Shown here piece after piece: positions 1 to 10,202 of a DNA stretch of 64,000 bases. The DNA is from an uncultured Clostridia bacterium (GTDB lineage Bacteria; Bacillota; Clostridia; TANB77; CAG-508): the NCBI GenBank assembly GCA_944390345.1, contig CALXPP010000006.1, forward strand, positions 3,353 through 67,352, written 5' to 3'. Position numbers and translations under genes: made by a program. Under the pieces are notes generated by a model that was not told the DNA's origin, ran no database searches, and worked only from the letters and a program-made list of their open reading frames with translations. Each line of letters opens with the position of its first letter. The first letter of the stretch is position 1.

Positions 1-1239
1 AAATACATAAATTGCAAGTACCGCATCTAATATAAATCCAAATACATTAAAAATTAATAAAAGTAAAATTTCAACTAAAACAAAAGCTATAATGTATATT
101 ATTAATTTTTTATTTCTTGGTACAGTTTCTTTAAGTTTATTAAAATCATTTTTTAGTTTCTTATATAAAACTACTAATTTTTTATATGTCCACATAATTA
201 CTTTTCCTGTAATTGTGGTATTCCAAAATTGCTTTGCTTTTATTCTTTTTAGTGTAGTATTAAATACTAAAGCAAAAACTATATAGCTTAGGAAATAGCA
301 AGTTGCAATTAATGACATTATAAAATTAAAACTATATTCCGAAGGTAAATAAGCTCCTAATCCTATTTCTTCAAATGGTATTAGCATTATAACTATTAAT
401 GAAATAGCTATTATTAATACAATTTCATAATACCATTTATCAAATCCATTTAATTCTATTTTATCTGAATTCTTAGTATGACCAATTGAAAAACATAAAT
501 ATATTGCACAAATTACAGTACCCATAGCCGTAATTGGAATTGCTATAAAAAGTAAATTTGAATATGGATCTATTTTTTCCATTAATGTATTTATTTCATT
601 TTCATAAACAGGTTTTATTATATTTTCTTTATACGAAGTATAAATATCAAAATCCTCTATATTTGTTTCTATATAATCTGTTTGGACTACATATTCCTCT
701 GTTTCGTCAGTAGCCTCTGAAATTACAACATTACTATAACTATTTTCAGTGTAGTAATAGTTAATATTAAAATCTTCAAAATACTGTACTGCTTTTTTGT
801 TTATAACCTCTGTATCTGAATTTACTTCTCCTTTTATAATATTTGTCTTTTTAGTATCTTGGCTATTTATAAATTCTCTAATTCCTGCAATAGTATTTGT
901 ATCAGAAGTAAGTTCTACATTTGTAAGTGCTATATTTTTATATTTTATATATATGTAGAAATCCTCAATTCCTGTAGTATTTGGTCTATTATAATAAAAA
1001 ATATTAGTTCCATTATCTATAAGCTGTGTATAATTATCATTATTGTGTATCAATGCTTTTGCATACATAGATACTTCATACATAAATGTAGAAATAAATT
1101 CATTTTCTTTACTTACACTATCATTTGTATTATTTATTTCTTCCCTGTATGCAGTATAAACTACTGAAACTATAAATATTGCTATAAAAATTGGTATTAA
1201 TATGTAACTTAATAATTTTAAAACTTTACTTTCTTTCAT
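1..1239 (-). CDS. sensor histidine kinase, N-terminal membrane/extracytoplasmic part (3' end runs off the window)
   Basis: Not in the ORF track. I checked the minus-strand frame triplet by triplet from 1 to 1239 and found no stop. The ATG at 1237-1239 lies 2 nt after the response-regulator stop. Translation is MKESKVLKLLSYILIPIFIAIFIV.. (TM), then a long polar domain, then several TM segments. The kinase core is outside the window, so the call rests on operon context. Confidence 0.55.
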   Translation of the reverse strand, partial: MKESKVLKLLSYILIPIFIAIFIVSVVYTAYREEINNTNDSVSKENEFISTFMYEVSMYAKALIHNNDNYTQLIDNGTNIFYYNRPNTTGIEDFYIYIKYKNIALTNVELTSDTNTIAGIREFINSQDTKKTNIIKGEVNSDTEVINKKAVQYFEDFNINYYYTENSYSNVVISEATDETEEYVVQTDYIETNIEDFDIYTSYKENIIKPVYENEINTLMEKIDPYSNLLFIAIPITAMGTVICAIYLCFSIGHTKNSDKIELNGFDKWYYEIVLIIAISLIVIMLIPFEEIGLGAYLPSEYSFNFIMSLIATCYFLSYIVFALVFNTTLKRIKAKQFWNTTITGKVIMWTYKKLVVLYKKLKNDFNKLKETVPRNKKLIIYIIAFVLVEILLLLIFNVFGFILDAVLAIYVF

Positions 1240-1241
1240 AA

Positions 1242-1940
1242 CTAAACATCCTTCTCTACTTTATATCCAACTCCCCAAATTACTTTTAAGTATCTTGGCT
1301 CTTTCGGATTAATCTCAATTTTTTCTCTAATATGTCTAATATGCACTGCAATAATATTTTCAGCACCATAACAATCTTCTTCCCATATACTTTGATATAT
1401 CTGCTCTATTGAATATACTATTCCTTTATTTTTAGTAAGAAATTTTAAAATATTATATTCAGTTGGAGTTAGCTTTACTTCTTTTCCATCTACCATTACT
1501 TTTTTTAAATTGTCATTAATCTCTAATCCACCAGTTCTATATACATTTTCTTCTTTTTCATCTTTTATAGCTCCTAGTTTAGTATATCTTCTTAAAGAAG
1601 ATCTCACTCTTGCTATTAGCTCCTGTGGATTAAATGGTTTAGTAACATAATCATCTGCTCCTAAATCTAGTCCTTTAATTTTATCTTCATCTTCTGATTT
1701 GGCAGATAGCATTATTACAGGTATAGAATTTTGCTTGCGAATTTCTACAATTGTCTCAATTCCATCTTTCTTTGGCATCATTATGTCTAGTAAAACTAAA
1801 TGTATTGTATTTTGTTTTAATATTTCAATACATTCTTCTCCATTATATGCCTTTAGTACATTGTAGCCTTCTTTACTTAAATAAATTTCAATTGCACTTA
1901 CAATCTCTTTGTCGTCATCACATACTAAAATATTATACAT
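1242..1940 (-). CDS. OmpR/PhoB-family response regulator
   Basis: Receiver domain (ILVCDDD..LLDIMMPKKDG..SAK) plus a winged-helix C-terminus (LTPTEYNILKFL..GVGYKV). Confidence 0.9.
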   Translation of the reverse strand: MYNILVCDDDKEIVSAIEIYLSKEGYNVLKAYNGEECIEILKQNTIHLVLLDIMMPKKDGIETIVEIRKQNSIPVIMLSAKSEDEDKIKGLDLGADDYVTKPFNPQELIARVRSSLRRYTKLGAIKDEKEENVYRTGGLEINDNLKKVMVDGKEVKLTPTEYNILKFLTKNKGIVYSIEQIYQSIWEEDCYGAENIIAVHIRHIREKIEINPKEPRYLKVIWGVGYKVEKDV

Positions 1941-2159
1941 ATTTATACATCCTTCCTTGTTTCTGTTTTTGGCGCTATTTTAGGTAAACTTCAAAAACAG
2001 CAAAACAGATTTAATATATTGCCTTTCATTACCATTTCTATTATACCAGAAATTTCTTAAGAAAAAATAGAGGAATTCTTAAGAAATTATTAATTATTCC
2101 ATATATAAGAAAAGGTGCAGCAATCAAGTGCCACACCACACGCAAAAAAACCTCCACTG

Positions 2160-2642
2160 TTACTTTAAATCTCCTGAATTATAAAAAGCTTCTGCTTCAG
2201 CAAAAATGTCAGGAAATTTTTGCTGAATCTGCTCACATATTATCTTTTCTTTTTCGAATTGTTTCCTTTGCTCCTCGTGCTTGCTACATATATTACAAAT
2301 TTGCCTTTGAAGTTTTTCAATTGCAGTCTTGTATGCCTCAAGCTCCAGTCTCGAATTATCCTCCAACTCTTTTTGCTTACTTGTTTGCAATTCTAACTTT
2401 TTAGTTGTGTCCTGAAGTTCCTCTTTTAAGAGTATTCTCTCTTCTAAAAGCCGTACCTTTGATTCTCTTACAATATAAACACCGAAAATTATTCCTAAAC
2501 ATAAAAACAAAATAAACAATAATGTTAATATAATGATTGTCTGTTTGCAAAGCAAACCTAAATAAATAATCACATATGAACACACTATTGCTCCAAGCAC
2601 ACACATTTCAAACAGCAGTAACATTTTCAGTTTCCTTTTCAT
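2160..2642 (-). CDS. hypothetical membrane protein with coiled-coil tail
   Basis: 160 aa ORF with two N-terminal hydrophobic segments, then a heptad-like E/K/Q-rich region. GGGAGGA lies upstream of the ATG. Confidence 0.45.
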   Translation of the reverse strand: MKRKLKMLLLFEMCVLGAIVCSYVIIYLGLLCKQTIIILTLLFILFLCLGIIFGVYIVRESKVRLLEERILLKEELQDTTKKLELQTSKQKELEDNSRLELEAYKTAIEKLQRQICNICSKHEEQRKQFEKEKIICEQIQQKFPDIFAEAEAFYNSGDLK

Positions 2643-2807
2643 AAATCCTCCCTATAAAGTTTTAATAGTGGAGGGTGGTACCTCCACTATTTAGTTAATG
2701 TAAAGATACCATACATAAAATATTTTCTAATGATTTATTATAGCACTATTTCTATTTTTGTCCATACTTTTTTACTATTTTTAACCTGTTTTTTTGGAAA
2801 GCATCTC

Positions 2808-5312
2808 CTAAATATTATCATTTCTTATAGTTTCTATTATATTTTGTTTGTTAATTTTACTTAATGAATACCTCATTATAATTCCTACAATAATCATAAC
2901 AAAAACAATTGCAAGTAATGTCGCTGTCTTTGGGAAAATATATGGCATATCCATACTTTCATTTTCAGAGATTATATGGTAAATAAAATAAGATATTCCA
3001 GTTCCAAATATAATTCCATATATTAATGATTTTGTACCATAGAAAAAGCTCTCTAAATTTATCATTCTATTAAATTCTTTTTTAGTCATACCAATAGATT
3101 TTAAATTTGCAAATTCTTTACTTCTTAAATTCATATTTGTTGTTATGGTATTAAATATATTAGTAACACCTATTAATGAAATTACAGTAATAAATCCGTA
3201 TAAAAATATTGAAATAAGAAGTACCATTTGATTCATTTGCTCTTGCTCAGCTTTATAGTTTATACATTCTAAATCTTTACTAATATTTTTTATATCCTCA
3301 CAAAGCTGATCTGGATTATTTGAACTTATAACAGTTCCGCTATTATAATAGGTTTTGTCTTTTACTAAATCAAAATTTATTAAAAATACTCCTTGTGATG
3401 AATAAACTCTAGAGAATCCAAAAGGTTGCTCATTGGTTACTTTTAATATTTTTAAAGTTGTTTCCTCTGTATCATCTTCAAATTTTCCTTTTAATTCATC
3501 TCCTTCTTTAAAATTGTAAACTTGTATTTTTTCTATTGTTCCATCATCTTTATAATCATTTACTTTTCCATCTCCTATATAAATAATTCCATTTTTTGTA
3601 TCTTCTTCACTTAAGCCAAGTTTTTCAATATATTCCTTATATGCTTCATCTCCTATAGCTGTAACATTTACATAACTAAGCATATGTTCTAAATCAGCAC
3701 CTAAATTATTGTAGTATTTTATTCCCTCTTCTGTAACAAAATCTCTTATATCTATATTAAAGCTCAAATCTCTATTTATAGAAATTTTTTCAACATTATC
3801 TAATTTTTCTATTTGTGCTAATTCTTCATCATCTCCATTATACACATATACATTATAATCTAATGTTTCATAGTAAATTCCAGACATATCAAACATATAT
3901 TGTATAAATGTAGATAATGAAATAAATATAGTTATACTTACTACTAAAGATATTACTGTTGTACGATATTTACTTTTATTTCTTTTTAAATTTTTATATG
4001 CAATTTCTCCGCCAATGCCAAAGAATTTACTAATAAGCTTTGGTGTTTTTAATTTTTTTGCTTTTATTTTTATATCGTTATTACTTCTTATTGCTTCAAT
4101 TGGAGAAATTTTACTAGCTTTTCGTGCAGAGCTAATACTAGATAAAAATATTGTTATAGCTCCTAAAGCAATACTTAATAAAATTGCTACAAGAGGCATA
4201 TCAAATACGATTTTCTCCATTCCCTCTAGCATATCTGCTTTTAATAAAATATAAGTTGTAAGTTTTATTAAAACAAATGTTGCAAAGCAACCACTTAAAA
4301 TTCCTAGCGGTATTCCTATAATTCCTAATATAAATCCCTCAAATAGTACATTTTTCCTAATTTGTTTTTTAGTAGCACCTATACTTGCAAGCATTCCATA
4401 TTGTCTTAATTTTTCTGTAATAGAAATTTGAAAACTATTTCTTATTACAAATACACTTGAAACAATAATTATAGCAATTACAATTCCTGCTAAAGAATAT
4501 AACATTACTAAAGTATCATTATTTCTTAAAACACCGGACCACCTTAATAATTCTTTATTTATATGTGTTTCATATTCTTCATTTTCATTCATTTCTTTTA
4601 CAAAATCGTAGCTTTTGTTTATATCTGTAAATTTAACAGATATATTAGCTTTGCCACTAAAATCTTGTGTACAAGTAATAATTGTATATCCTGGTGCGGA
4701 ATAATCTTCTATCTCATAATTTGGTCTTTCCATTTTTCCTACTATTGTATATTCTTTTGTATATAATTTTTCTAAAGTTTCTGGGACTTCTTCATTATAT
4801 GGATTAATCTGTGAAAGTTCCTCTCTATCTACTAATCTTCTGCAAATATCTAAAGTAATTTTATCCCCAACTTTTAAATTAACTCCACCATTTTCTTCAA
4901 TATGATTTGAAACAATAATCTCATTATCGTTTTCTGGTAATCTTCCTTCTATTAGCTTTATTCCATAACTATTTAAAGCTTTTGAATCAAAGCCCATTAA
5001 ATGTAAGTATGGTTTATATTCATTTTGACTATCAATTTTAGCATATCCTATATCTTTTGTAAGAAAATAACTTTCTACATTTCTATTTTGCTTAATATAT
5101 TTTTGCTCATCTTCTGGTACATTAAAAAAACTAGCATGATAATCTCCATCATTTTCTATAGCATGAACTACTAAAGTTTGCTGAAAGCTACATGCTACAC
5201 CTGCAACGGCACAAATTAAGGCTGTAGAAAGTATTATTCCAATAATAGTTACCAGTGTTCTCTTTTTATTTAATCTTAAATTACGAATTGTAAAACGATT
5301 TAATAAATTCAT
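2808..5312 (-). CDS. ABC transporter permease, FtsX/MacB-type with two FtsX modules and a large extracytoplasmic domain
   Basis: 834 aa. N-terminus is RNLRLNKKRTLVTIIGIILSTAL. There are two 4-TM FtsX-like blocks. It sits directly downstream of the ABC ATPase. Confidence 0.85.
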   Translation of the reverse strand: MNLLNRFTIRNLRLNKKRTLVTIIGIILSTALICAVAGVACSFQQTLVVHAIENDGDYHASFFNVPEDEQKYIKQNRNVESYFLTKDIGYAKIDSQNEYKPYLHLMGFDSKALNSYGIKLIEGRLPENDNEIIVSNHIEENGGVNLKVGDKITLDICRRLVDREELSQINPYNEEVPETLEKLYTKEYTIVGKMERPNYEIEDYSAPGYTIITCTQDFSGKANISVKFTDINKSYDFVKEMNENEEYETHINKELLRWSGVLRNNDTLVMLYSLAGIVIAIIIVSSVFVIRNSFQISITEKLRQYGMLASIGATKKQIRKNVLFEGFILGIIGIPLGILSGCFATFVLIKLTTYILLKADMLEGMEKIVFDMPLVAILLSIALGAITIFLSSISSARKASKISPIEAIRSNNDIKIKAKKLKTPKLISKFFGIGGEIAYKNLKRNKSKYRTTVISLVVSITIFISLSTFIQYMFDMSGIYYETLDYNVYVYNGDDEELAQIEKLDNVEKISINRDLSFNIDIRDFVTEEGIKYYNNLGADLEHMLSYVNVTAIGDEAYKEYIEKLGLSEEDTKNGIIYIGDGKVNDYKDDGTIEKIQVYNFKEGDELKGKFEDDTEETTLKILKVTNEQPFGFSRVYSSQGVFLINFDLVKDKTYYNSGTVISSNNPDQLCEDIKNISKDLECINYKAEQEQMNQMVLLISIFLYGFITVISLIGVTNIFNTITTNMNLRSKEFANLKSIGMTKKEFNRMINLESFFYGTKSLIYGIIFGTGISYFIYHIISENESMDMPYIFPKTATLLAIVFVMIIVGIIMRYSLSKINKQNIIETIRNDNI

Positions 5313-5357
5313 AACTTTATCTCCCCTTATTAATTTACTTTTCCTAAAATTTTTTTA

Positions 5358-6038
5358 CTAATTATTCTTTTCATCTTTTATTAATTTTCCATCATCAATA
5401 GTTATCACTCTATCTGCCTCTAAAGCAATTTTTTCATCATGTGTAATTACTATTACAGTTTGATTATATTTTTTATTAGATAATCTTAATAAGGAAATAA
5501 TTTCTTCTGAAGCTTTACTATCCAAATTTCCAGTAGGTTCATCAGCAAGCATTATTGCTGGTTCATTTATAATAGCTCTTCCAATAGAAACTCTTTGCTG
5601 TTGCCCTCCAGATAATTCATTGGGTAAATGATTTTTTCTGTCTGATAGCTTTAATGTTTTTAACAATTCTTCTAGTTTATCTCTATCAACTTCTTTTCCA
5701 TCTAAATTACAAGGTAAAGTAATATTTTCTTCTACATTTAAAATTGGAATTAAATTATAAAATTGATAAATTAAACCAACTTGTCTTCTACGAAATATAG
5801 CTAAATTATCATCATTTAAAGTATATATATCTTTACCATCAATAAATACCTTACCACTTGTTGGTCTATCCACTCCACCTATCAAATGAAGTAAAGTAGA
5901 TTTTCCAGAGCCACTTGCACCAACAATTGCAACAAATTCACCTTTATTTACAGAAAAAGATATATTATCAACTGCTCTAACAAGGTTTTCTCCTTTTCCA
6001 TAAGTTTTGCATAAATTTTCCACTCTTAAAATTTCCAT
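5358..6038 (-). CDS. ABC transporter ATP-binding protein (MacB/LolD-like)
   Basis: Walker A GASGSGKST, signature LSGGQQQR, Walker B MLADEPT, H-loop ITHD. Confidence 0.93.
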   Translation of the reverse strand: MEILRVENLCKTYGKGENLVRAVDNISFSVNKGEFVAIVGASGSGKSTLLHLIGGVDRPTSGKVFIDGKDIYTLNDDNLAIFRRRQVGLIYQFYNLIPILNVEENITLPCNLDGKEVDRDKLEELLKTLKLSDRKNHLPNELSGGQQQRVSIGRAIINEPAIMLADEPTGNLDSKASEEIISLLRLSNKKYNQTVIVITHDEKIALEADRVITIDDGKLIKDEKNN

Positions 6039-6076
6039 ATTAAATTTTCCTTTCTTATATTTCTTTTTTCAAAATG

Positions 6077-6111
6077 ATTATACCAATTGAAAATGACTAT
6101 AAAATGACATA
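6077..6111 (-). promoter_or_regulatory. activator-type promoter: tandem ATAGTCAT-like boxes (11-bp phase) then N10 then TGgTATAAT
   Basis: Minus strand reads ATATGTCAT-TTT-ATAGTCAT-TTTCAATTGG-TATAAT. The plus strand has ATGACTAT at 6093-6100, ATGACATA at 6104-6111, and the -10 at 6077-6082. The same layout recurs at 8833-8867. Confidence 0.5.
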
Positions 6112-6229
6112 TAGCATAAAATTTTAGTCATAAAAAAATTGAATATATATAATAAAAAAATTACTATTCAATCAATTATAAAATAAAACCTAAATAATTT
6201 TTTTAAATATATATATTCAATTTTGAATT

Positions 6230-7445
6230 CTATTTTTTCATATATCTAATTTCAAACATTGTTCCTTTACCTAAAGTAGATGAACAAATAATATATCCAT
6301 TATCCTTTTCTATAATTGTTTTAGAAAGAGCCAAGCCTATGCCTATACTATTTTCATTTGAAGATTTACCCTTATAAAATCTCTCAAATATATGCTTTAA
6401 CTCCTCTTTAGCAATACCTTTTCCTTCGTCTTTGATTATAATACTTGTATAAAAATTGTTTTCACTATATGAAATATAAATCTTTTTTCCTTCATCAGTA
6501 TGCTCAATACAATTTTTCAATATATTAGAAATTGCCTCTAATTGCCAATTAAAATCTGCTATTAATTTGGTATCTTCTTGTCCTTCTACTATTACTTCTT
6601 GTCCTTTAATTTCAAGCGGTACACTTAAATTTTGAAGTAGCTGTTTTATAAGCTCCTCTACATAAAATTCTTTTGGATTAAATTCAATTGTATTTGAGTC
6701 TAATTTTGATAATTTTAATAGTGAAATTACTAGCCAATTTATCCAATCTAATTGTCTTCTTATTTCATGTAAAAATTTATTTTTAGTTAGTTCATCCATT
6801 TCTTTATTTTCTATTATACTATCAAGCATTATAGAAATTGAAGTTAATGGTGTTTTTATTTGATGAGAAATATCCTCCATAGCAGTTCCGAATAGCTTTT
6901 TTATCATTTTGAGATTTTTCTGCTTGTTCCTTTAGGAGTACAACTATTTTATAAAGTTCATTTCTTAAATTACTCAAATCATCTTCTGTATTTTTCTCTA
7001 TTTCTAATTCATAGTTTTTAGAATTAATTTTATCAATATACTTAATAATTTCATCTATACCTTTTCTTCTTTTATTGCTATAAAAAATTAAAATACCAAT
7101 TCCGCATAGCGATATTATACTTATTGTAATAATATTTTGCATTAAAATATTGTTTTCTATTGTTTCTAGGCTTTTTATAGCTGGTATTTTATCTGAAAAT
7201 CCAAATTTATCTAAAAAAGTATTCTCTATATCAGTCTTAACCTCGCTGTTTAAAATCTTCACTATTTCCTCTTCTGTAACTTCTGGATATTTTTCCTCAA
7301 TACTTTCTACAATATTTGCAATAATTAAGTTTGTTTGTTTCTCATACTCGTTGTAACTAATAACAATAAAAAAAGAACTGGCTAAGATAATTAAAATAAA
7401 AATAATTAAAATTAATATAAAACTTTTTTCTTTTAAAATTTTCAT
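6230..7445 (-). pseudogene. sensor histidine kinase split by a frameshift (two overlapping ORFs)
   Basis: ORF 6822-7445 carries 2 TM segments plus a HAMP-like linker. ORF 6230-6907 carries the H-box (SHQIKTPLTSI) and HATPase motifs (NCIEHT, DEGKGI, GIGLAL). The frames switch at an A6 run (plus-strand tttttt near 6897-6902). Confidence 0.8.
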
Positions 7446-7446
7446 T

Positions 7447-8121
7447 TTATTCTCCTACTCTATAACCAATTCCTCTAATTGTTTGTATTATTTTTCCATC
7501 TTTATCGTCAAGCTTTTCTCGAATTCTTTTTATATATACTGTAAGTGTATTATCATTAACAAAATTTCCAGCAATATCCCAAATTTTATCTAGTAATTGA
7601 TCCCTTGAAACTAAATTTCCTACATTACTAAATAGTAATAATAATATTTTATACTCTAAACTTGTAAAAACAATTTCCTTTTCGCCTTTTAAAACTTTAC
7701 ATTTATTAATATTTATTTCTATATCTTTATATCTTAAAATATTTGTATTTTCAATATTTTTTTCATATCTACTTAAAACTCTATTTATTCTAGAAATTAA
7801 TTCTCTTATTCTAAAAGGTTTCGTAACATAATCATCTGCACCCATATCTAAGCCTAAAACAATATTAGTTTCTTCATCTCTAGCTGTTAGAAATATAACT
7901 GGTCTGTCATATCTGCTTTTTATTTCTTTACATATTTCAAAACCATTTCCATCTGGTAAAGTAATATCTAACAGATAAATAGAATAATTATCTTCTTTTA
8001 TTTTTTCCTTTGCTTCTGTTATATTTTTTGCTACTTCAACAGAAAAGTTTTCTTGCTCTAAGGAATATTTAAGCCCCATTGTTATTGCATCATTATCTTC
8101 TAGTACCAAAATTTTTCTCAT
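7447..8121 (-). CDS. OmpR/PhoB-family response regulator
   Basis: Receiver domain (ILVLEDND..LLDITLPDGNG) plus a winged helix (TSLEYKILLLL..GIGYRV). Its stop abuts the start of the kinase gene. Confidence 0.9.
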   Translation of the reverse strand: MRKILVLEDNDAITMGLKYSLEQENFSVEVAKNITEAKEKIKEDNYSIYLLDITLPDGNGFEICKEIKSRYDRPVIFLTARDEETNIVLGLDMGADDYVTKPFRIRELISRINRVLSRYEKNIENTNILRYKDIEININKCKVLKGEKEIVFTSLEYKILLLLFSNVGNLVSRDQLLDKIWDIAGNFVNDNTLTVYIKRIREKLDDKDGKIIQTIRGIGYRVGE

Positions 8122-8124
8122 ATC

Positions 8125-8706
8125 TTATCCTACATAACTCTTTCTTCTTAATAATTCTGCTAAACTTAATATACTTATTGGAGTTTCTTTATTGTATTTT
8201 CTTAAATACCCTTTATAAATACAATTTATATTATCTAAATATTTAAAATCTTCTGGCTTTATTAACTCTGGAAGCTCTACTTCTACATTTGCTTCATTTA
8301 ATACATATCTTACAAATTCTGCACAATAAAAACTATAATTCTTTTTTATTTTTTTATGGAAGCCAACAGCAAAAAGACCTAATATATTAAAATGATATCT
8401 ATTTTTATTTATTTCTACTTTTCTTATAATATCTACTATGTCTCTGTATTGTTCATCTGTAACAAGCATACTATAAACTGCTGCTTTTGTATTTTTAAAT
8501 CTTTTAAATGTTCCTTTATCTATTTGTTCGTGTACAAAACCTCCAATAAATGCATTGTATGGATGTAATCTTCCAAAAGAATACATATAGTTTAGATCTC
8601 TATCTAAAGCAATTGATATATGTGAATATTCATCTTTGGTATATCTTTTTATTATTTTAGATAAAACTGTACCTGTATGTGTTAATATAATATAAACTTT
8701 CTCCAT
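8125..8706 (-). CDS. YiiX-like permuted papain/NlpC-P60-fold protein (tentative)
   Basis: I place the start at the ATG at 8704-8706 (MEKVYIILTHTG..), preceded by GAGGGGA. The track start at 8778 has no SD. The motifs YSHISIAL..YSFGR and C-A-E-F resemble YiiX/DUF-type amidase-fold proteins, as recalled from memory. Confidence 0.5.
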   Translation of the reverse strand: MEKVYIILTHTGTVLSKIIKRYTKDEYSHISIALDRDLNYMYSFGRLHPYNAFIGGFVHEQIDKGTFKRFKNTKAAVYSMLVTDEQYRDIVDIIRKVEINKNRYHFNILGLFAVGFHKKIKKNYSFYCAEFVRYVLNEANVEVELPELIKPEDFKYLDNINCIYKGYLRKYNKETPISILSLAELLRRKSYVG

Positions 8707-8832
8707 TTGTCCCCTCACTCGTATTTTTCTATTTCTATTATAAAAGATATATTTTATAAAAACAAGTAATATTATCATCTGATATGAAATATTAATAAAA
8801 CTTTAATAATTTTATATATTTTTTACACATTT

Positions 8833-8867
8833 ATTATAATTGTTTAAAATGACTATTAGATGACTAT
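8833..8867 (-). promoter_or_regulatory. second copy of the tandem-box promoter architecture
   Basis: Minus strand reads ATAGTCAT-CTA-ATAGTCAT-TTTAAACAAT-TATAAT. The plus strand has ATGACTAT at 8849-8856 and 8860-8867, with the -10 at 8833-8838. Confidence 0.5.
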
Positions 8868-8878
8868 CAACCAAATTA

Positions 8879-8911
8879 AAAGAGCTTTAAGTAAGGTACT
8901 TAAAGCTCTTT
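8879..8911. terminator. 15-bp-stem hairpin with core CTTTAAGTA-nnn-TACTTAAAG, T-rich on both sides
   Basis: aaagagctttaagta-agg-tacttaaagctcttt is a perfect stem. It lies downstream of the Rpn-family gene. Confidence 0.5.
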
Positions 8912-8952
8912 ATTTTGTTTTTTGTATGTCTTTTCAAAAACATATATAAATT

Positions 8953-9837
8953 TTAATTTATTTTTATTTCTTTAATCTCTTCTTCACTTAATTCTGTAAA
9001 TTCAATAATTTCTTCTATTGGCTTACCTTTTTCTAACATTTTCTTTGCCATTTCTATTTGAGTTTTCTTTCTACCTTTTTCTTCTCCTCGATTTTCGCCT
9101 TTTTCTTCTGCATACTGCAATGCTGCTAGCTTATCATATTGATTATATATTCTTCTATTTAATTCATCATTTACATCTTTATCTTCTAGTACTGCTTTTA
9201 CTATTTCATCTATCTCTTCTATACTTCTCTTCATTTTAAATATCTCCTCCAATTCTTCTTTATTTAACTGGTTCGAAATATATCCTATCCATGCCTCTTC
9301 ATCTGTTTTTATTTCTTCCACAGTCTCTATAAATTTTGGAAGTTGTATATAGTGATATTCTATATCATCTGATATTTTTTCTTTATTCCATTCTCTCATT
9401 AGTCCACATACCTCGTGGTATGGTCCTTCTTTAAATAAATTATATCCTAATATCACTATTACTACGGTCTTTATGTTCTTATTAAAATTCATCCCTACTT
9501 TTAAGCTATTATGATACATACTTGCACCGTAAAACTCACTTCTCTGTATTATATTATAATTGTTTTTGTTCTGAATTTCAATATTTATTAACTCTTTATT
9601 ATCTATTTCTGCTAGTAAATCTAATTTTCCTTCTTTCCCTTCTACATGTATTCTCTCTAATGTTACTTCATTTCTTACTACTATATTTGTTATTTTTCTT
9701 TTTAATATTGCCTCTAGAAAATCTTTTAGTAAATATGCTCTTTCATTTGTTCCAAAAATTATTTTAAATATTTCATCTCTTCTTAGACTTATTTCTCCTC
9801 TCCTAAATTCTTTATATTGTCTTTCTTTTAGCTTCAT
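8953..9837 (-). CDS. Rpn-family recombination-promoting nuclease / putative transposase (PD-(D/E)XK)
   Basis: IFKIIFG..LLKDFLEAIL..LDLLAEID..INIEIQ is typical of the Rpn/YhgA-like family. The start is placed at the ATG at 9835-9837, behind GGAGGAGAGAG. Confidence 0.75.
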   Translation of the reverse strand: MKLKERQYKEFRRGEISLRRDEIFKIIFGTNERAYLLKDFLEAILKRKITNIVVRNEVTLERIHVEGKEGKLDLLAEIDNKELINIEIQNKNNYNIIQRSEFYGASMYHNSLKVGMNFNKNIKTVVIVILGYNLFKEGPYHEVCGLMREWNKEKISDDIEYHYIQLPKFIETVEEIKTDEEAWIGYISNQLNKEELEEIFKMKRSIEEIDEIVKAVLEDKDVNDELNRRIYNQYDKLAALQYAEEKGENRGEEKGRKKTQIEMAKKMLEKGKPIEEIIEFTELSEEEIKEIKIN

Positions 9838-10131
9838 AGGCTCTCTCCTCCTGTTTTTTATTTTCAAACAAGATAAGCACAAAATTTATCCTATATATTT
9901 TTAATAGAATTTGTATTACACACCGAAAAATACAAAAATATATTTTAAATTTATCTAATAATTAATTTTTGAATATTTTAGCAGATTTGCTAAAGAATTT
10001 TTGAACTTAATTAAATGTGAAATAAAAATAAATTTTGAACTAAATCTCTTTTGAATTGAATTTATTTTAATAGCATTTTTTATGTTTGTCAATACTTTAT
10101 TTAAAACTTAGTTTTTTGTTTTATAAATATA

Positions 10132-10168
10132 AAATAGCTAGCAAATTTAATTTTTTTGCTAACTATTT
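10132..10168 (-). terminator. hairpin downstream of rlmH
   Basis: aaatagctagcaaa / tttgctaactattt, with one mismatch, followed on the minus strand by a T-rich tract. Confidence 0.4.
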
Positions 10169-10202
10169 TATATTTTTACATTCTAAGCACCGTACCAAAA
10201 TT

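Noticed and set aside
92-1167. Plus-strand ORFs at 92-286 and 859-1167.
   Set aside because: They are antisense shadows of the open minus-strand kinase frame (1-1239). Their products are low-complexity I/F/Y-rich sequences typical of AT-rich antisense frames.
2664-2691. G+C-rich 11-bp hairpin aatagtggagg-gtggta-cctccactatt between the permease gene and the 160-aa ORF.
   Set aside because: There is no U-tract on either strand, so I did not call it a terminator. It might be an RNA stability element or an attenuator, but there is nothing further to support that.
9960-10065. Four TTTTGAA(T/C) direct repeats upstream of the Rpn-family gene (iteron-like?).
   Set aside because: It is a short, AT-only motif with irregular spacing in extremely AT-rich DNA, so it is compatible with chance.
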